NCBI GenBank assembly: GCA_963706025.1
Contig: CAVPLM010000003.1
Location: forward strand, 384,001 to 448,000
Source: an uncultured Actinomycetes bacterium
Lineage (GTDB): Bacteria; Actinomycetota; Thermoleophilia; RBG-16-64-13
Reading direction: 5' to 3'
Length of the DNA stretch: 64,000 nt
Under the pieces are notes generated by a model. That model was not told the DNA's origin and did not search any database. It was given only the letters and a program-made list of their open reading frames with translations. Below are positions 41,464-51,411 of this stretch, piece by piece. The number at the start of each line of letters is the position of its first letter. Within the stretch, counting starts at the first letter, position 1. Both the position numbers and the translations under genes were made by a program.

Positions 41464-43345
41464 ATGGAGGCGACACCTCGTGGCTCCTGGTGGGGCAGGA
41501 GTCCTTTTCGTCGATGTTGGTACCGGCGAGACGCGGGAGGAAGCCCTGGACTGGGACGCGGCCCGCGATTTCATCGGCGGGCGCGGCCTCGGAGCCTACT
41601 ACCTCTTCAAGCATCTGGTGCCGGGCACCGACCCCTTGAGCCCGGACAACCCGCTGATCTTCGCGGGCAGCCCCATGTCGGGCACCTCCTGCCCCGGCTC
41701 GGCCCGGGGCGCGGTGGTGACCAAGTCGCCCCAGAGCGGGATCTACACGTTCGCGATCACCGGGGGCGAGCTGGGACCGGCCCTCAAGCGGTCGGGCTAC
41801 GACGTGATCATCCTCACCGGCAAAGCCGAGAAGCCGGTCTACGTGGAAGTGGGTCCGGACGGCGCAGAACTACGTGACGCTTCTCATCTCTGGGGCTTGG
41901 ACACACAGTCGACCCAGGAACTCATCAAGAAAGAGCGACGGGGTGAAGACCTGGCCATCACCTGCATAGGGCAGGGAGGCGAGCGGCTGGTGCCTTACGC
42001 CTGCCTGATCAACGAGCGTCGCGCTCTTGGCCGGGGCGGTCCGGGTGCTGTCATGGGCTCGAAGAACGTGAAGGCCCTTGTGATCAAGAAAGACGGACCC
42101 GCGGCGCCGCTCGCCGATCCGGCGGCGTTTCGCGAGGCTGCGCGAAACGCCACCTTCCAGTGCCGCGACAACCCCTTTACCTCGGGGCCACTGAAGACGT
42201 TCGGGACGGTGAGCACTGTGGCAGTCACCGTCAACGGGGCCATCATGCCGGCGGACAACTGGCAGCGCATGACCACTGTCGAGGAGGGCAAGAACCTTTT
42301 CGGCAACGTGCTCCGCGAGAAGTTCTTGGTCAAAGACGTGGCCAGCGGCGAACCCTGCAACATCAAGTGCTCGAAGATCACGGTGGTGAAGGACGGACCC
42401 TTTGCCGGCGCCTCGACGGAAGGACCGGAGTACGAGACCATCTATGCTTTCGGCACCGGCTGCGGCATCTTCGACTTCGCGCCCATCATCGAAGCCGACA
42501 GGATGTGTGACCTCTATGGCATCGACACCATGTCGGTGGGAGTGACCATCATGTTCGCCATGGAATGCTACGAGAAGGGTCTCATCACCAAGGAAGACAC
42601 CGGCGGCATCGACCTGCGTTTCGGCAATGCCGAGGCCATGGTGAAGCTGGTGCACGACGCTGCTTTCCGGCAAGGCTTCGGCGAGAAGATCGCCAGGGGC
42701 TGCCGCGCCCTGGCTGCCGAGATCGGGCAAGGCAGCGAAGCCTTCGCCATGCACACCAAGGGCGTGGAGGTCGGCGGGTACGACCCGCGGGGCGCCAAGG
42801 GCATGGCCCTGGTCTACGGTTGCGGCCCCCGGGGCGGCTGCCACCACGCCGGTGGCTACACCGTCCAGTTGGAGTTCACCAATCCCGATATCGACCGCTA
42901 TGCCGACTCGGGCAAAGTCCCCATCGTCCTCATGACCCGTAACCGCAGGGCCGCGGCAGCGGACTCGGGCGGTACCTGCGCGTTCCTCACGGTGGGCATG
43001 GACAACGACGTCCTCGCCGGCATGCTCTCGGCAGCCACCGGCAATCCGATGACGGTGCAGGACATGATGCTGGCGGGCGAGCGGATCAGCATGCTGGAGC
43101 GGGTGCTCAACGTGCGCGAAGGTCTGCGGGCTGCAGACGACGTTATTCCCCGGCGGCTGATCGAGGAGAGCGTCCCCGACGGACCGACCGCGGGACACAT
43201 GGTCGATTGGGATCTCATGCATAGGGAGTTCTATCAAGCCAGCGAACTGGACCCGATAACGTCGCTCCCCACCAAGGATAAGCTTGCGAAGATGAACCTG
43301 ACCTGGGTGCTCGACGATCCTGTGGTCGCGGCCCTGGCCGGCTAA
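41464..43345 (+). CDS. Aldehyde:ferredoxin oxidoreductase family protein 2 (start 41464 with one extra base at ~41500, or GTG 41480)
   Basis: FIGGRGLG, TKSPQSG, GRGGPGAVMGSKNVKA, EGPEYET, CDLYGIDTMS, YDPRG, RGGCH. The AAGGAG RBS precedes ATG 41464. Confidence 0.92.
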
Positions 43346-43354
43346 GGAGGAGAA

Positions 43355-44950
43355 GTGGCCTACTACCGCGACTTCAGGGAGTACGTCGCGAAGCTGGATG
43401 AGATGGGCCTGTTGCGGCGGGTCTCCACCCCCATCAACAAGGATACGGAGCTGATGCCGCTGGTCAGGCTCCAGTTCCGGGGACTACCGCCGGAACAGCG
43501 TACCGCCTGGGTGTTCGACAACATCCACGACGTGCTGGGCAAGAAGTACAACGGGTCTCTGGCCGTCTGCGTGCTCGGCGGAAATCGCGCGATCTATGCG
43601 GCAGCCCTGGGCTGCGAACCGGAAGAGATCAGCAAGAAGTGGGCCCAGGCCCACCAGAGCTGCATCGAGCCGAAGCTGGTCAAGGACGGGCCCTGCAAGG
43701 AAGAGATCCACGTGGGCGACAACCTGCTCGAGCACGACGGCATCCTGGAGTTCCCCCATCCCATATCGACGCCCGGCTTCGATCCCGCGCCCTTTTTTAC
43801 GTCGCCCTACTGGGTGACGAAGGACCCCGAGACCGGCCAGCGCAACATCGGCACGTACCGGGCCATGGTCAAAGGACCGGCCCGCACCGGGGTGATGGCC
43901 CACCAGTCGCAGCACATAGGTATCCACTTCCAGAAGATCCAGCGGCAGGGTGAGCATCGCCTGGATGCCGCGGTGGTCATCGGCTGCGCACCGGCCGTGG
44001 GTTTGTGCAGCGTGGCCAAGGTGCCGTACTCGGTGGACGAATACACGCTGGCGGGGGGTATCGCGGGCGAGCCCATCGAGCTGGTGAAGTGCGAGACTGT
44101 TGACCTGGAGGTGCCGGCGACGGCCGAGATCGTCATCGAAGGCTGGGTGGACACCACCTTCCGGGAGAAGGAAGCCCCCTTCGGCGAGTACACCGGGTAC
44201 ATGGGCGGCCGGGTGATCAACCCGGTCTTCAACGTGACCGCCATCACCCACCGTAAGAACCCCATCTATCAGGCGTTCCTCAGCCAGTTCCCTCCCTCAG
44301 AGAGCAGCCTCATCCGCAAGCTGGCCTATGACGCCGCCTATCTCAAATTCCTGCAGCACGACTGCAACATCCCAGGCGTGCTCGATGTGCAGTTGCATGA
44401 GTCCACCGGCAGTTACGGGCTGATGGTGATCCAACTCAATAAGACCCATCCGGCCCAGCCTTGGCAGGCTTTGAACGCGGCCGTGGCCTTCGATCCCACT
44501 ATCGGCAAGGTGATCGTGGCCGTGGACGACGACATCGATCCCAACGACGCCGACGCCGTGAACTGGGCCATGGCCTTCCGCATGCAGCCTCACCTCGACA
44601 CTCGGATCACCACCGGCAAGGCGTCCATCCTCGATCCCTCGTCGGCGCCGCCGGAGGCTTCGGTGGACGTGCAGCGCTTCCCGCCGCCGGTGGGGACGTC
44701 GTCTCTGCTCATCGATGCCACGAGGAAGTGGGGCTACCCGCCCACTTCGCTCCCGGCCAAGGAGTTCATGGAGGCGGCGCTCGAACGGTGGCAGGCGGAG
44801 GGCCTGCCGGCGCTCAGTCTCAAGAAACCATGGTTCGGCTACGAGCTGGGCCACTGGACCGACGAAGAACGCGAGGACGCCGCCAAAGCCATCCGCGGCG
44901 AGTACCTCGACACCGGCGAGAAGCTTCAACAACATCGCGAGGATCTGTGA
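43355..44950 (+). CDS. UbiD-family (prFMN-dependent) decarboxylase, catabolic paralogue
   Basis: RNIGTYR, VPATAEIVIEG, EAPFGEYTGY, FPPSES, VDDDIDP, LIDATRK. Confidence 0.92.
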   Translation: MAYYRDFREYVAKLDEMGLLRRVSTPINKDTELMPLVRLQFRGLPPEQRTAWVFDNIHDVLGKKYNGSLAVCVLGGNRAIYAAALGCEPEEISKKWAQAHQSCIEPKLVKDGPCKEEIHVGDNLLEHDGILEFPHPISTPGFDPAPFFTSPYWVTKDPETGQRNIGTYRAMVKGPARTGVMAHQSQHIGIHFQKIQRQGEHRLDAAVVIGCAPAVGLCSVAKVPYSVDEYTLAGGIAGEPIELVKCETVDLEVPATAEIVIEGWVDTTFREKEAPFGEYTGYMGGRVINPVFNVTAITHRKNPIYQAFLSQFPPSESSLIRKLAYDAAYLKFLQHDCNIPGVLDVQLHESTGSYGLMVIQLNKTHPAQPWQALNAAVAFDPTIGKVIVAVDDDIDPNDADAVNWAMAFRMQPHLDTRITTGKASILDPSSAPPEASVDVQRFPPPVGTSSLLIDATRKWGYPPTSLPAKEFMEAALERWQAEGLPALSLKKPWFGYELGHWTDEEREDAAKAIRGEYLDTGEKLQQHREDL

Positions 44951-44981
44951 GAACCATTGAAGGAATTGAAGGAGGGCACTG

Positions 44982-46208
44982 ATGGCCGATCTATCCGTCG
45001 ATTTTGCGGGTCTTAAGCTCAAGAACCCGTTCATCATCGCGTCGTCCGAGCTGACCAACAAGATCGACAAGATCAAGATCGCCGAGGAGCATGGAGCCGC
45101 GGCCGTCAGCACCAAGCTGACCTTCTTGCAGATCCCTCTGTACGCCCGTCCCTATCACATCATCGAAAAGGAGGGCGCCTTCTACTCGCCTTCCGGTGAG
45201 CGCATGCGGGTAGATCAGACCCAGCGACTCGTCCAGCAGTGCAAGGAGCAGACCGACCTCAAGGTCATCGCCAACATGATGGGTCCGGGTGAGGATCTGG
45301 AGGGCTGGGCGAAGCTGGCCCGCGCTCTGGAAGAAGCCGGCGCCGACATGCTGGAGCTCAACATGTCCTGCCCGAACCTGGGTCTGATGGCAAAGCAGAT
45401 GGGTGTGGACGAGGAGCCGGAGCTGGGGGCGACACTCGGCAAGGACCCGGTGCTGGCCGGGAAAGTGACCAAGGCCGTCACCGACGCCGTGAAGATCCCT
45501 GTCATGCCCAAGATGACCCCTGAGGCCAACACCATGATGGTGTCGAAGTCGGTCCAGAAGAACGGCGCCGCGGCCGTCTCGGCCATCAACTGCCCACAGT
45601 CGCTGCCCCCGCTGGACATCGACCACGGTGGCCGGCCGTTCTATCCCTCCACCGGCAACCAGTCCTACGCCGGCCTCTGCGGTCCTTGGATCCGGCCGCT
45701 GGCCTATCGGCACGTGGCTCAGATGCGCACCGTCTGCCCCGACCTGCCCATCGCCGGCGGCGGCGGGCTGATGAACTGGCGCCATTCGGTAGAGATGATC
45801 ATGTACGGCGCCACCGTGCTCACTTACTGTTCGCTGCTCTACCTCAAGGGCTACAAGGCCTTCACCAAGATAGAGCCGGGCATGCACAAGTTCATGGACG
45901 AGCACGGCTACAAGACCCTGGCCGACATGCGGGGGATCGCGCTCGAGTACATCGTCACCCCCAAAGAGGTGGACTACATACCGATGCTCCCGGAGTTCGA
46001 CCTGGAGAAGTGCAACGGTTGCGGGCTGTGCGCCGCGCCGGGGCATTGTGAGTGCATCGAGATCGTGGACAAGAAGGCCGTGCTGGTGCAACCGAAGGAA
46101 TGCTATTCCTGCGCCGTCTGCTACTTCCTCTGCCCGAAAGACGCGATCACCATGAAGAACGCGCCGATCGAAGAGACCCGGGCAGGTGTGGCGCTGATGG
46201 AGCAGTGA
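44982..46208 (+). CDS. PreA-like (dihydropyrimidine/dihydroorotate dehydrogenase family) FMN reductase with C-terminal 2x[4Fe-4S] domain
   Basis: LSVDFAGLKLKNPFIIAS, ELNMSCPN (catalytic Cys), KMTP, GPWIRPLA; CNGCGLC and CYSCAVCYFLCP. Confidence 0.85.
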   Translation: MADLSVDFAGLKLKNPFIIASSELTNKIDKIKIAEEHGAAAVSTKLTFLQIPLYARPYHIIEKEGAFYSPSGERMRVDQTQRLVQQCKEQTDLKVIANMMGPGEDLEGWAKLARALEEAGADMLELNMSCPNLGLMAKQMGVDEEPELGATLGKDPVLAGKVTKAVTDAVKIPVMPKMTPEANTMMVSKSVQKNGAAAVSAINCPQSLPPLDIDHGGRPFYPSTGNQSYAGLCGPWIRPLAYRHVAQMRTVCPDLPIAGGGGLMNWRHSVEMIMYGATVLTYCSLLYLKGYKAFTKIEPGMHKFMDEHGYKTLADMRGIALEYIVTPKEVDYIPMLPEFDLEKCNGCGLCAAPGHCECIEIVDKKAVLVQPKECYSCAVCYFLCPKDAITMKNAPIEETRAGVALMEQ

Positions 46209-46233
46209 CCGGCTGCGGGAAGGAGTGTGAGGC

Positions 46234-47127
46234 ATGAAGGCTTTTGAATACCTGCGTCCGGCGTCGATCGAGGAGGCGTGCGCGCTCCTGGCCGCCGGTG
46301 ATGGCTCGGTGAAAGTCCTGGCCGGCGGGACCGACCTGCTTGTGCAGATGAAGCAGGGGAAGCTGCAGCCGGAAGCGCTGATCAGCCTTAGGGACGTCCC
46401 CGGGCTTTCGTTCATCCGGCTGGATGGTGACGGGGGCCTTTCACTGGGGGCGGCCACTCCTCTGGGGTCAGTAGAGAGGTCCCCCGAGGTGATCAAGGGC
46501 TTCCCGGCCATTGCGGAGGCGGCCTCATGGATCGGGTCCGTGCAGGTGCGCAGCCGGGCCACCGTGGGAGGCAACCTGTGCAACGCCGCTCCCTCCGCCG
46601 ACATGGCCCCCATCTTGATCGCATTCGGAGCTGAGGCGGTCATTGCTGACGGAGGCGCCGAGCGCACGGTGCCGCTCGAAGACTTCTTCACCGGACCGGG
46701 CCGGACGGCGCTCGGGCCGGGTGAACTGCTCAAGGCCATCAAAGTACCACCGGCGCCCGCCAGGAGTTTTGGAAAATACGTCAAGGCCTACCGGTCCGCG
46801 ATGGACCTCGCCACGGTGGGGGTGGGGGCGCTGGTGGTCTTCGCGCCTGGTTCCGCGCGCTCCCCGGGTGTCGTGGAGGACGTTCGCTTGGTCCTCGGGG
46901 CCGTGGCGCCCACGCCCATCCGTGCGCGCGAAGCCGAGCGGATGCTGACCGGTCACACGCTGGATGAGGAGGTGATCGCGCAGGCGAGCCGCAAAGCCGC
47001 GGAGGAAGCCCGGCCGATCACCGACGTACGCGCCTCGGCCGAGTACCGGACCACCCTGGTGGAGGTCCTGTCTCGCAGGGCTCTTCTTGCGGCGTACTCC
47101 TGGGCCGGAAAAGGAGGACGAGAGTGA
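46234..47127 (+). CDS. Xanthine-dehydrogenase-family FAD subunit (CoxM type)
   Basis: FEYLRP, LAGGTDL, QVRSRATVGGNLCNAAPSAD, GAVAPTP, DVRASAEYR. Confidence 0.95.
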   Translation: MKAFEYLRPASIEEACALLAAGDGSVKVLAGGTDLLVQMKQGKLQPEALISLRDVPGLSFIRLDGDGGLSLGAATPLGSVERSPEVIKGFPAIAEAASWIGSVQVRSRATVGGNLCNAAPSADMAPILIAFGAEAVIADGGAERTVPLEDFFTGPGRTALGPGELLKAIKVPPAPARSFGKYVKAYRSAMDLATVGVGALVVFAPGSARSPGVVEDVRLVLGAVAPTPIRAREAERMLTGHTLDEEVIAQASRKAAEEARPITDVRASAEYRTTLVEVLSRRALLAAYSWAGKGGRE

Positions 47128-47606
47128 AGAGAGAGCTGCACATAACGGTCAACGGCGATGAGTACCATCTGTTCGTCGATGTGCGCCGCACCCTCCTCGA
47201 TGTGATCCGGGAAGACATCGGTCTGACCGGCACCAAGAACAGCTGCGGCGCCGGTGAATGCGGCGCCTGCACGGTATTGCTCGACAACGAGCCGGTCAAC
47301 TCCTGCCTGGTGCTCGCTCACGAGGCCGATGGGCAGGACGTGGTGACCATCGAGGGCCTTGCCCAGGGAGGCGTGCTTCATCCGGTCCAGGAGGCCTTTG
47401 TGGAGCAGGGCGCCATCCAGTGCGGCTTCTGCACGCCGGGCATGGTCATGTCCACGAAGGCCCTGCTCGACCGGAAGCCCAATCCGACCCGGGACGAGAT
47501 CCTCCACGGGCTGAAAGGGAACCTCTGCCGGTGCACAGGCTACGTGAAGATCATCGACGCCGTCGAAGCGGCGAGCTGCCTGCTCGGGGAAGGGGAGTCC
47601 GCATGA
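47124..47606 (+). CDS. Xanthine-dehydrogenase-family 2x[2Fe-2S] subunit (CoxS type)
   Basis: CGAGECGACTV, QCGFCTPG, GNLCRCTGY. Confidence 0.97.
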   Translation: MKRELHITVNGDEYHLFVDVRRTLLDVIREDIGLTGTKNSCGAGECGACTVLLDNEPVNSCLVLAHEADGQDVVTIEGLAQGGVLHPVQEAFVEQGAIQCGFCTPGMVMSTKALLDRKPNPTRDEILHGLKGNLCRCTGYVKIIDAVEAASCLLGEGESA

Positions 47607-49885
47607 ACACCTGCGTGATCGGGAAAGGACTTCCGCGCATCGACGCGGTCCCCAAGGTGACGGGTGAGGCGCAGTACACCGTCGATCTCAAGATGCCGGG
47701 GCTACTCATAGGCAAGATCCTGCGAAGCCCACATCCTCATGCCCTGATCAAGTCCATCGACACCTCGGCCGCGAAGGATCTCAAGGGGGTGCGGGCGGTC
47801 ATCACGGCCGCGGACGTCCCCGAGAACCTCTTCAGCTTCTATCAATGGCTGGCCGACAAGAACATCCTGTGTCGCAGCAGGGTCCGGTACGTGGGTGACG
47901 AGGTCGCCGCGGTGGCGGCTGTTGACGAGGATACGGCCGAAGAGGCGCTCTCGCTCATCAAGGTCGAGTACGAACCTCTTCCCGCGGTCTTCACCCTGGA
48001 GGAGGCAATGCAGCCCGGGGCGCCCCTGGTGCACGAGGACAAAGAGAGCAACGCGACTTGGAGCGTTCAACGCCTGTTCGGCGACCCCGACACGGCCTTC
48101 GCCGAGTGCGACTACGTGATCGAAGGCACGTATGTCACCCACCAGGTGGCGCACACCTGCTTCGAGGTATCCAACTGCATCGCCAAGTGGGACGCCAAAG
48201 ACCGTCTGACCATCTGGACGAACACCCAGGCGCCTCACACGCAGAGACAAGAGGTGGCTCGGATCCTGGGCATCCCCAAACGCAACGTGCGCGTCATCAG
48301 CTCTTACATGGGCGGGGGCTTCGGCTCCAAGCTGGTCATGGACATGAAGCTGCCCATCGCCGCCGTTTTGTCGAAGATGTGCGGGCGCCCGGTGCGCATC
48401 GTGAACACCAGGAGCGAGGAGTTCACTACCGCGAAGACCCGCTATCCCTACACCATGTATCTGAAGACCGGGGCCACCAAAGACGGCCGGATCGTGGCCC
48501 GGGAGCTCAAGGTTCTTGCGGACGCTGGTGCATATCACGACAAAGGGCCCGCCACGATCAACTTCGCCAGCATGATGTTCGGCACCCTCTACAACGTGGC
48601 CAACATGCGCTTCGACGGTCAACTGGTATACACCAACAAGGAGATGGGCACTGCCTTTCGCGGCTTCGGGAATCCGCAGGTTTCCTTCGCCACCGAGACA
48701 CAACTCGACGAACTGGCCGAGAAGATGGGCATGGACCCGCTGGAGCTCCGGCTCAAGAACTCCAACCAGGCCGGTGTGGAGACCGCCTGCGGCGCCGAGG
48801 TCTGCGGGTGCGCGATGACCGAATGCATAGTGGCCGCGGCCGAAGGCATCGAGTGGGACAAGAAGAGGGGCAAGAAGGCGAACGGCAGGCTGCGCGGCGT
48901 GGGCATGGCCAACATGGTCCATACCGGTGGCGGCGGACGCTTCTACGGATACAACTCGGCGGAAGCCTTCGTGAAGCTCTCGGATGAGGGGACGGTGACC
49001 CTCATCACTTCCGCCCTCGACATGGGCCAGGGAGCGCATACGGCCATGGCGATGATCGTGGCCGAAGAGCTGGGAGTCAATCTGGGCGACATCAACGTGC
49101 TGTCCCACGACACCGACCTCACGCCCTACGACCTGGGCTCCTGGGGGAGCCGGGCCACGTTCATGAACGGCAACGCCGTTCTTGCGGCAGCCCGGGACGC
49201 GAGGAACGCGGTGGGAGAGGCCGCGGCCGAGATGTTGGAGGCCGACGCGAAGGACATTATCGTGGAGGGAGGCAAGGTCTGGGTCAGAGGCTCGGAAGAG
49301 AAGCACGACCTGGCCGAGATCGTCGAGCACGCGGTGAACGCCCATGGCTCTCCGCTCTCCGGGACGGGCAAGTTCGTCGACTCTCTGCCCGCGGGGTATA
49401 CGATCCCCACCGCCTTCATCAAGAACATCCCCTGCTTCTCGTTCGGCACCCAGGCGGCCGAAGTGGAGATAGACCCGGAAACCGGTCAGGTGAAAGTCCT
49501 CAAGGTGGTGGCCGCCCACGAGACGGGTACCACCATCAACCAGACCATGGTCGAGGGGCAGATCGAGGGCAGCGTGGCTCAAGGTGTGGGCTACGCTCTG
49601 GTGGAGCAGTTGATCCGCGATGAGAGCGGTAAGATCCTCAACGACAGCTTCCTCGATTACAAGATCGCCAACATCGGAGACATACCGGAAATCGTAGCCA
49701 TCGGGGTGGAGAGTCTGGGCACGAACGGCCCCTACGGCGCGAAGGGCATCGGAGAGCCGGGTCTGGTCCCGACTGCCCCGGCGATAGCCAACGCGATCTT
49801 CGACGCGATCGGGGTCCGGTTCTACGAATTGCCCATCACGCCTGACAAGGTACTGAGAGCACTGGAAGCGAAGAGATCGAAGTAG
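47603..49885 (+). CDS. Xanthine-dehydrogenase-family molybdopterin large subunit
   Basis: KVTGEAQY, GGGFGSK, AFRGFGNPQ, DMGQG, EGQIEG, GAKGIGEP. Lacks the CO-dehydrogenase AYxCSFR loop. Confidence 0.95.
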   Translation: MNTCVIGKGLPRIDAVPKVTGEAQYTVDLKMPGLLIGKILRSPHPHALIKSIDTSAAKDLKGVRAVITAADVPENLFSFYQWLADKNILCRSRVRYVGDEVAAVAAVDEDTAEEALSLIKVEYEPLPAVFTLEEAMQPGAPLVHEDKESNATWSVQRLFGDPDTAFAECDYVIEGTYVTHQVAHTCFEVSNCIAKWDAKDRLTIWTNTQAPHTQRQEVARILGIPKRNVRVISSYMGGGFGSKLVMDMKLPIAAVLSKMCGRPVRIVNTRSEEFTTAKTRYPYTMYLKTGATKDGRIVARELKVLADAGAYHDKGPATINFASMMFGTLYNVANMRFDGQLVYTNKEMGTAFRGFGNPQVSFATETQLDELAEKMGMDPLELRLKNSNQAGVETACGAEVCGCAMTECIVAAAEGIEWDKKRGKKANGRLRGVGMANMVHTGGGGRFYGYNSAEAFVKLSDEGTVTLITSALDMGQGAHTAMAMIVAEELGVNLGDINVLSHDTDLTPYDLGSWGSRATFMNGNAVLAAARDARNAVGEAAAEMLEADAKDIIVEGGKVWVRGSEEKHDLAEIVEHAVNAHGSPLSGTGKFVDSLPAGYTIPTAFIKNIPCFSFGTQAAEVEIDPETGQVKVLKVVAAHETGTTINQTMVEGQIEGSVAQGVGYALVEQLIRDESGKILNDSFLDYKIANIGDIPEIVAIGVESLGTNGPYGAKGIGEPGLVPTAPAIANAIFDAIGVRFYELPITPDKVLRALEAKRSK

Positions 49886-49906
49886 TCACGTGCAGTAGTC
49901 ACGTGC
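49881..49906 (+). repeat. 13-bp tandem duplication at the junction of the Mo subunit and yqeC
   Basis: AGTAGTCACGTGC twice; each copy contains TAG and GTG. Confidence 0.9.
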
Positions 49907-51411
49907 AGGCCACCGCGCACGAAACTCTCTCCGGCGCCCTTGGTCTGGGGCGCCGGGAGTTGGTGGCGCTGGTTGGCGGGGGCGGCAAGACCGGCGCGCT
50001 GCGCCTTCTTGCCCGCGAGTTGACCGCGCCTGGGCGCCGCGTGGTGGCAACGACGACGACGGCCATGTTCCTCCGAGAGTTGAGCGAGGCCGGTCCGGTG
50101 GTCATGGGCGCGACCCTGCCCGACTTGCTGGCGGGCGTCGAAGAGGCTCTCGCGCAGGGAGCGGCGCAGGGAGCGGCGGTGGGGGCCGCGCGCATGCCTG
50201 TCGACCAGGACAAGGTGATGGGCCTTCCTGCCGACTGGGTGGATCGGCTCTGGGCGAAGGGCGCGGAAGGGCGCGACCCCTTGGAGATGGTCTGCGGAGC
50301 GGCTGCTCCAACGGTCGACTTTCCCGCCCCACTTGACTACCTGCTCGTCGAGGCCGACGGGAGCCGGGGAAGGCCGCTCAAGGCCTTCGGGGCTCACGAG
50401 CCCCAGGTTCCTGACGCGACGACCACCGTCGTGCAGGTCGCCGGATTGGATGCCCTCGGTGCCCCGCTGACCGAAGAGTACGTGCATCGCGCCGGTTTGC
50501 TTGCCTCCGCGTTGCGGGTGCCGGTCGGCTCGAAGATAACGGCCCCTGTCTTCGCGGGCTGTCTGCGCGAGCAGGTGCAGGTGATCAGGCGCCGCTGGCC
50601 GGATGTCCGGGTCGTCACCCTGCTGAACAAGGCCGAAAGGCCGGAGGATGAAGCCGCAGGACTGGAGTTGGCCGGGGAGTTGCTGGGGGCGCCTGTCGGC
50701 AATGGCGGGGGCGATGCCCGAGGCTACAGGCCGGACTCCGTCGTAGTGGGCAGTCTTCAGGAGAGGCGCTTCGTGCGCGCCCGAAAGAGCGTGTCGGTCG
50801 CCGCGATCGTGCTGGCTGCAGGCCTCGGGACCCGGATGGGAGGCCAGAAGGTACTGTTTCCCCTGGGGGAACGTTCATTGGTGCAATGGGTAGTGGATGC
50901 AGCCCTGGGCTCGGGGGCTGCCGAGACGATCTTGGTGGTGGGGCATGAGGCGGGATCGGTGGCCGACGCGGTGAAAGACCGGCCGGTGAACGTGGTGGTC
51001 AACCCTGATCACGCCGAGGGCATGAGTACTTCTCTTCAGGCCGGGGTGCGGGCCGTCCGGCCGGACTGCGACGCGGCCGTCTTCATGCTTGGGGATCAGC
51101 CGTTCGTCACGTCGGCGCTCGTGGATGGGCTGATCGAGCGGTTCGCCGAGAACGAAGCCTGGGTGGTCAGACCCGTTCTTGGGAACCGGCCTATCCACCC
51201 GGTGCTCATGAGCGCGGCGCTCTTCCCGGAGATCTTGAGTCAGCGCGGCGACATCGGCGGCCGCGAGATCGCCCGGCGTCATCCGGAGCGGGTCAGCCTG
51301 GTGCCTGTGGACGACAGTCGGTTAGACTTGGACGTCGATACGGGTGAGGACTACGAGGAGGCCCTTCGGATCCGGGGCTGCTCGGCGGAGCGAGTGGCAG
51401 GAGACCAATGA
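49903..51411 (+). CDS. yqeC: YqeC (Se-dependent Mo-hydroxylase accessory protein) fused to a MocA-like cytidylyltransferase
   Basis: VGGGGKT, TTTT and LVEADGSRGRPLKA...HEP (YqeC); LAAGLGTRMGGQK, GMSTSL, LGDQP, GDIGGR and DVDT (MocA). Confidence 0.88.
   Translation: MQATAHETLSGALGLGRRELVALVGGGGKTGALRLLARELTAPGRRVVATTTTAMFLRELSEAGPVVMGATLPDLLAGVEEALAQGAAQGAAVGAARMPVDQDKVMGLPADWVDRLWAKGAEGRDPLEMVCGAAAPTVDFPAPLDYLLVEADGSRGRPLKAFGAHEPQVPDATTTVVQVAGLDALGAPLTEEYVHRAGLLASALRVPVGSKITAPVFAGCLREQVQVIRRRWPDVRVVTLLNKAERPEDEAAGLELAGELLGAPVGNGGGDARGYRPDSVVVGSLQERRFVRARKSVSVAAIVLAAGLGTRMGGQKVLFPLGERSLVQWVVDAALGSGAAETILVVGHEAGSVADAVKDRPVNVVVNPDHAEGMSTSLQAGVRAVRPDCDAAVFMLGDQPFVTSALVDGLIERFAENEAWVVRPVLGNRPIHPVLMSAALFPEILSQRGDIGGREIARRHPERVSLVPVDDSRLDLDVDTGEDYEEALRIRGCSAERVAGDQ

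Noticed and set aside
44991-49582. Long antisense ORFs (44991..46784, 47702..49582; also 156..1271, 41870..43237, 56938..58785)
   Set aside because: They shadow well-supported genes, have no recognisable motifs, and are expected in high-GC DNA with few antisense stops.
46234-49885. Aerobic CO dehydrogenase (coxMSL)
   Set aside because: The gene order is similar, but the active-site loop is AFRGFG rather than AYxCSFR.
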